A DNA stretch of 64,000 bases from Selaginella moellendorffii (taxonomy: Eukaryota; Plantae; Lycopodiophyta). Shown here piece by piece: positions 58,268-64,000 of this stretch (position 1 is the first letter of the stretch; each line of letters starts with the position of its first letter). Position numbers and translations under genes: made by a program. The stretch is from positions 2,925,266 through 2,989,265 of the forward strand of contig NW_003314261.1 in NCBI RefSeq assembly GCF_000143415.4, read 5' to 3'. The notes under the pieces are model-generated. The model was not told the origin of the DNA. It was given only the letters and a program-made list of their open reading frames with translations, and searched no databases.

Positions 58268-61200
58268 TGTGAGGGCCAAGTGTACAGCTACGATGCCATA
58301 TACTAATATTAGCGTAGTGGGATTTTAGTAGCCGTCGAATTAGTTTCAATCTGGACCAATCGCTCTTGTATATAAGCTAGGGTTTTTTGGCTAATTGATA
58401 TGCACATTTCTATATTCCCTTTCCATATTCCATGCACTCACATTGGTGGAGATGAGGGGCACCTTTGATTGTCCCTGAAGAGTGTTTGGATTTGGGATTT
58501 TGGTTTAGATCTAGCTTTTGCATCGTCTAGATCTAGTTTTTTCCATTTCCTTTCTTTTGTTCTTCCCTTTCAGGATTTTGGTTTAGATCTAACTTTTTGC
58601 ATTGTTTAAATCTACCATTTCCTTCTAGCTTTTTGTCATTTCTATTCTTTTGCTCTTTCTTTTTTCGTTCATCTTCATGGTGGATCAGCAATCTCCTTCT
58701 TTGACTCTAGAGCAGTAGTTGGTTCAATTGCTTAATGCTATGCGCTTGCAATTGAACAACCAATCTCAATTGATGGTGGCATTCATGGCACGTGGTCCAA
58801 CTCTTCCTGCTCTTGGTGCCAATCCTTGCGTTCGTCCAGAGTTCTTTCGTGGGAATCTTGGGGATGATGTGTACCATTGGTTCGATCACTTCATGGTGAT
58901 TGCCATATATCATTCTTGGGATGATGCTCGATGTTTGTGTGAGTTTCCCACGTGTCTCCAAGGGATGGCATTGCAGTGGTACAATGGATTGAGCGCGGCC
59001 ACATGTGGGGATTGGAGTGTTCTTCCAGATGTCTTCAAACGTGCTTTAAGGCATGCTGACAATTGTGATGATGCCTTCCAACAATTGCATCGTCTTCGCC
59101 AAGAGCCATCTGAGTCGGTGATGCAATTTGGCATTCATTTCCGAAGTCTTTTGCTTCGTGCGCAGCCCAATATGTCGGAGCGGATCAAGCTAGGAATGTT
59201 GTGGCTAGTACTTCGTCCAGATCTTATTGGACTTGTGCATGCATTTGCTCTTACCACCCTTAACGATGCTCTTTGCTTGGCACAATGTTATGAAACGTCG
59301 CCTCTTCCACTTCTCACTACATGTCCTTTAGCTCCACTTCCTATGAGTGATGGTCCTATTCCAATGGAGGTTGATGCTGCTGCTACTCGAGTCCAAAGAC
59401 AAGGGCGAGGACGTGGTCGTGGCCATGATATTCATTACTAAGTGTGTGATGAAGTTGGTGATACTTATCGGCGTTATCAGCGCTTTCCGGATTGGCAACC
59501 TCCATTTCCTAGGTGGAGACCTTGGCGTCAGCAACATCCTGTTGGTGCTGCTGCAATGGAAGGTTTGGACACTGCGGTACATCTAGGAAACGAGGAGTCG
59601 CGCGAGTAACGGAGGGACCTTGCGCGAATAAGTGAGTGACCCCTCCATCTTTCTTTCGGGAGTATCATCAAGGGGTTCACTCGGCACCGGTTCATTCAGT
59701 GTTTACTTTCCAAGCTCGTTTTTATAAGAGGTCTCCTATTATTCTCTCTGTGTTGGTTGATACAGGTTCGAGTTTATCTTCTATTGCTCAACCTGTTGCC
59801 ACACGTTGTCGTCTACACTTGCATCGTGCAACGGACCCAGTTTTCATTCTTTATGGCAATGGCCGTACACATGCATGTGCACAAGATGAGGTGGATTTGG
59901 TTGTGCATGTGGGCGATCTTGAGCTTGAGCTGCAGTTGTTGCGGGTGGTGCCGAGTCAAACTTTTGACCTCATTCTTGGTATGGATTGGTTGCAACGCAA
60001 TCATGCTAAGTGTGACTTTGAAGCTTCTCCCCCTTGTCTCATACTTCCTTATGTTTTATCCATTCCTCTCACTTCTATACCTCTTCATCCCTCTACCTTT
60101 ACCTCTGTTTCCATTACTTTTGTTCCCCCACTATTTCCTCCTATGTTTCCATTTTGTTTTATTCTTCCCTTTTCCAATCCCTTCGATGATCTTTGTGTTG
60201 CAACTGGTGACTAGCTTATGAAGGAGTATTCTGATCTCTTTGAATTTGACCTATCGTCTGGGGCCAAAATTGCCACATGTCATCCCATTCCAACCGGGGA
60301 TGCTCGTCCAATCAAGGTTCTGGTTCGTCGTCAGTCACCCAAGGAGATCAAGATTTTACGTGCAAATGTCAAGGAGATGTTGGAAAAGGGTGTTATTCGG
60401 AAGTTGCGGAGTCCTTGGGCATGTGAACCTCATCTTGTGATGAAACCTGATGGGAGTATTCATTTCTGCATTGACTATCATTTGTTAAATGAAGTGACGA
60501 ACCTGAATGTGTACCCTCTTCTTCACACTACTGATCACTTGGATCGTCTGGGGCGAAGTTGTCGGTTCACCAAGCTAGATCTTGCTTCTGGGTATTGACA
60601 AGTACCGATGGCTAAAGAAGATATTCCTAAGATTGCTTTTCGTACACCATTTGGTTTGTACGAGTTCTTAGTGATGCCGTTTGGTTTAAACAATGCTCCA
60701 GCAACTTTCTAGCGGATGATGGATGAGGTTCTTTGTGATATGCCTGAAGTGACTGCTGACTTCATTGATGATATCTTGATTCACTCGGAGGGGACGTGGG
60801 AGAAGCACATTCGTGATGTGTGTAAAGTGTTGGATTGGCTACAGGATGTTGGTTTAAAGCTGAAGCGGTCAAAATGCATGTTTGGGTCCAAGGACACAAC
60901 TTATCTTGGGTACCGTATTTCTCATGAGGGTTTGCAAGTTGATCATGACAAACTTGTAGCCGTTTTAAAGTTCCCTACTCCGAAGTGTGTGAATGATGTG
61001 CAATGCTTCCTGGGCAAGGTGCAGTATCTTGGTCGTTTTGTGGATCATCTTTTTGATCGCACTGCACCATTGTGAGCGTTGCTGAAGTCATCAACGTCAT
61101 CTTTCATCTGGTCTTCAAATTGTGAGTGGGTGTTTATGGATCTCAAAGTGTTGTTGATGACTCCTCCGGTTTTGGCATATCCTAACTACACTCGACCTTT

Positions 61201-63277
61201 TATTTTGCGCGTAGATGCTTCTAATATTGGTCTTGGAGGTGTGTTAATGCAAGAAAGCCCGGGTGTGTCTGGTCAATGTCATCCCATTGCATATATAAGC
61301 CATATGTTACAACTAGCAGAGGTGAACTACTTCACGATAGAGAAGGAGTGTTTAGTGGCAGTTTGGGGTTTCGAGAAACTTCATGCATATCTACATGGTT
61401 CTCGGACGTTACTTGAAGATGACCATGCTGCTGTTATTTCATTATTGAAGCGGAAGAACCTGGTTGGTCATACTACTTGGTGGGCTTTGAAGCTTCAGAT
61501 ATATGATTTTGATGTTGTTCATCACCCAAGGAGTTTTATGGCTGATACTGATGCCCTCTCTCGAGCTCCTTTTCCTTCTCCACTCTCTTCTCATGTTTCT
61601 GATGAGTCTATTGTTCTAACATCTGTGGATTTTCTAGATGAGGATTTTGTGCCATCGACGGTTCTTGTACTTGACGTTCAGTGTCCACAAAGTGCAAAGC
61701 AAGATTTATCTTCTCTTGATGAGGTTTGCGAGGCTCAAAAGATTGAGCTATGGATTTGAAGGCTTCGAGATGCATTTGAGGATCCTACATCACTTGCTAA
61801 TGACCTGCCTTTCTGGCATTTATATTCTCAATATTGCCTTGAAGATGGCCTTTTTTATTTTGTGAGGACGGATCCTAATGATCATTTGCGGCTAATAGTG
61901 CCTTCTATCTTTATTCCGCGGTTTCTCCATGCCTACCATGATTCTCCTGTTCTAGGTGGGCATATGGGACATCATCGTGTGACCGAGAAGCTACGTAGGT
62001 CTTTCTATTGGCCGGAGATGCGATGTGATATTATCTGATATGTGCGTAGCTGCATTTGGTGCCAAGCTCGTAATACTCCCCCTTGTGCTACAAAAAAACA
62101 GTTGGAGTCAATTGCAGTTTCCTGTCCGTTTGAGTTGGTGGTGTTTGATTTTATGGGACTTTTTCCACAGTCGACTGCTGGCAATGAATATGTTATTATT
62201 GCTTCTGATTACTTGACTCATTGGGTGGAAGTTGGTGCTCTTGCTAGCGCCTCTACAACTGCTGTTGGATACTTCCTCCTCAATCGAGTGGTGTTCCAGC
62301 ATTCTTGTCCAGAGCGGATTCTTTTGGATAATGATCCTGCATTTATGGCTGAGGCATTTCATGTTTTGAAGTCTCGGTTGGGGATATGCCACACTTTCAC
62401 GAGTGCTTATCATCCACAATTAGACGGTCTAGTGGAACGGCTCGTTCGGACATTCAAAGGGATGATTGTGAAGTATATGAACTTTCAGCATTTGGATTGG
62501 GATGGTTATTTGTCGTTTCTTCGGTATGCCTATATCACAGGGGTGTAGAGTTTTGTTGGTGCTTCACCGTATAAACTTCTATATGGTCATAATCTAATAT
62601 TATCAATGGAGCTGAGTTTACCTTCGCAATTGCCACAAGCACCCGATGCTAAGTCATGGGATTAATATTTGATGAGCATTCTTCCACTTGTCCGAACAGA
62701 GTTTGCCAAACACTTAGGCCGCGTACAAGTGGGACAACAACGGCGCTACAACTCCCATCATCATCCACTTGCAGAGTACAAAGTGGATGATTTAGTGTTT
62801 ATCTAGTTTCCCTATCTTACGGTACGTGGTTTATCTAAGAGGCTCCTTGCGCAGTGGAAAGGACCGTATCGGGTGTTGTGGCAAGTTGAACCACAAGTTT
62901 ATGAGGTTCGGCATGATGTCCAATAGGCCGATCCTTTGGAGATTATGCATGTGCAGCGGTTAAAACGCTTCATACAAAGGGATCAGGAGCAGTTCATACC
63001 ATCTATAGACCCGCCGATGCCTCCTCCTGACGTTCCTCCAGATCCCGGTCTGTCTACAAGAGAACCCTGATGGCCTTCCATTATTTCGAGAGGAGGGGAT
63101 GATGTGAGGGCCAAGTGTACGGCTACGATGCCGTATACTAATATTAGCGTAGTGGGATTTTAGTAGCTGTCGGATTGTTTTCAATCTGGACCACTCGCTT
63201 CTGTATATAAGCTAGGGTTTTTGGGCTAATTGATAGGCACATTTTTGTATTCCCTTTCCATATTCCATCCACTCACA
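58268..63277 (+). mobile_element. Full-length decayed Ty3/gypsy retrotransposon, family D
   Basis: 175-bp LTRs at 58268-58442 and 63103-63277; PBS tggtggagatgagggg (tRNA-Ala-like); PPT gagaggaggggatga. Domain order: gag (from ATG 58677), protease (LVDTGS, DLILG), RT (FIDD), RNase H (VDAS), integrase. Many premature stops. Confidence 0.95.
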
Positions 63278-63310
63278 GACTTAATTGATAGCAATATTTA
63301 TAATATATAT

Positions 63311-63768
63311 GTAAACTTTTGAATTTGGACTTTCTGAGGTTACTCAACCCAATATGTCGTAAGACCTTTAACGAAAGTTAAGAGTTTTAACTTTATTGAC
63401 ACCCTACCCCTAACTAATTGAAAATTCTTAAAAGGTCACTCAATCTAGTATATCCTAAGACCTTTAATGAAAATTAAGAGTTATAGCTCTCTTGACACCC
63501 CTCAAGTCAAGCCCAATTAGAGAAAATTAGACCATCAAATATTAATTTTAACATACAGTGTAATTCTTTTAACCAACTAACAAAATTGATTCCCTTAACC
63601 AACCAACAAAATCAAACTCAAGACCCCTCTGATACCAAATATAAACTCTTGAATTTAAACTTTTCAGAAAGTCACCCAATTTAGTATTATTTAAACCAAA
63701 GACATTTAACCCTAACTATCCCAAAACCTTTAACCAATTAAACAAATGGATGCACTCTTATTCATAGG
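63311..63768 (-). mobile_element. Degenerate Cassandra-type TRIM remnants
   Basis: Reverse-complement PBS ctctgatacca at ~63627-63637, flanked by a decayed LTR with the 5S-like block and the internal domain. A second LTR end lies at ~63311. Confidence 0.7.
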
Positions 63769-64000
63769 TGTAGCACACCTGAATTTGGAGCTGAACTCCA
63801 AACCCATTGCATTGCATAATAAGGGTCTAATATAATCCTATGAGCACCGACTCCCCATATGTAGCACTTACATGCAAAATGGTATCAGATGATGTCTGGA
63901 ACAATTTTGGTATATCGGTGGCTTAACATGAGGAGAAGGGTACCCTGCATTCCAACCATTATCCCTACTATACATTTGAAACCCCCCATAATTTCTATAT
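63769..64000 (-). mobile_element. Family-B-variant LTR, cut by the window end
   Basis: Starts TGTAGCAC...gaatttggagctgaactcc (matching the end of 2607-3524) and contains the shared ccctactatacattt module. Confidence 0.7.

Overview
This is eukaryotic land-plant genomic DNA. The ~50-60 bp introns, high gene density and PLS-class PPR gene suggest the lycophyte Selaginella (inference, not proven). The window has three zones. (1) 1-16 kb is a nest of LTR retroelements, resolved by target-site duplications (TSDs). An old Ty3/gypsy element (family D) carries an old family-A element and a 5S-rRNA-bearing Cassandra-type TRIM. The single 3' LTR of the old family-A element received four later insertions, including a very young 7.5 kb non-coding family-A element. 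(2) 17-42 kb is a compact gene island: DNA polymerase iota-like with a pol eta-type tail, NUDX9-like Nudix hydrolase plus a pseudogene, two small secreted Cys proteins, an F-box/LRR protein, two secreted novel-domain + B-lectin proteins plus a third decayed copy, a CDC48 fragment, a PPR protein, an LHT transporter, an intronless E2/F-box-like protein, two saccharopine-dehydrogenase-like genes and a 3xHMG-box gene. (3) 43-64 kb holds a young non-autonomous family-B LTR element, a 100-N gap, a SYP12-type syntaxin, a decayed Ty3/gypsy element with a -1 frameshift signal and an inverted partial copy, and further Cassandra and family-B remnants. The most notable observation is that the Cassandra internal domain is collinear with the leader of the large family-A element, which also carries tandem tRNA T-arm/B-box hairpins and covarying stem-loops. 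Family names A, B and D are labels used only in this report.
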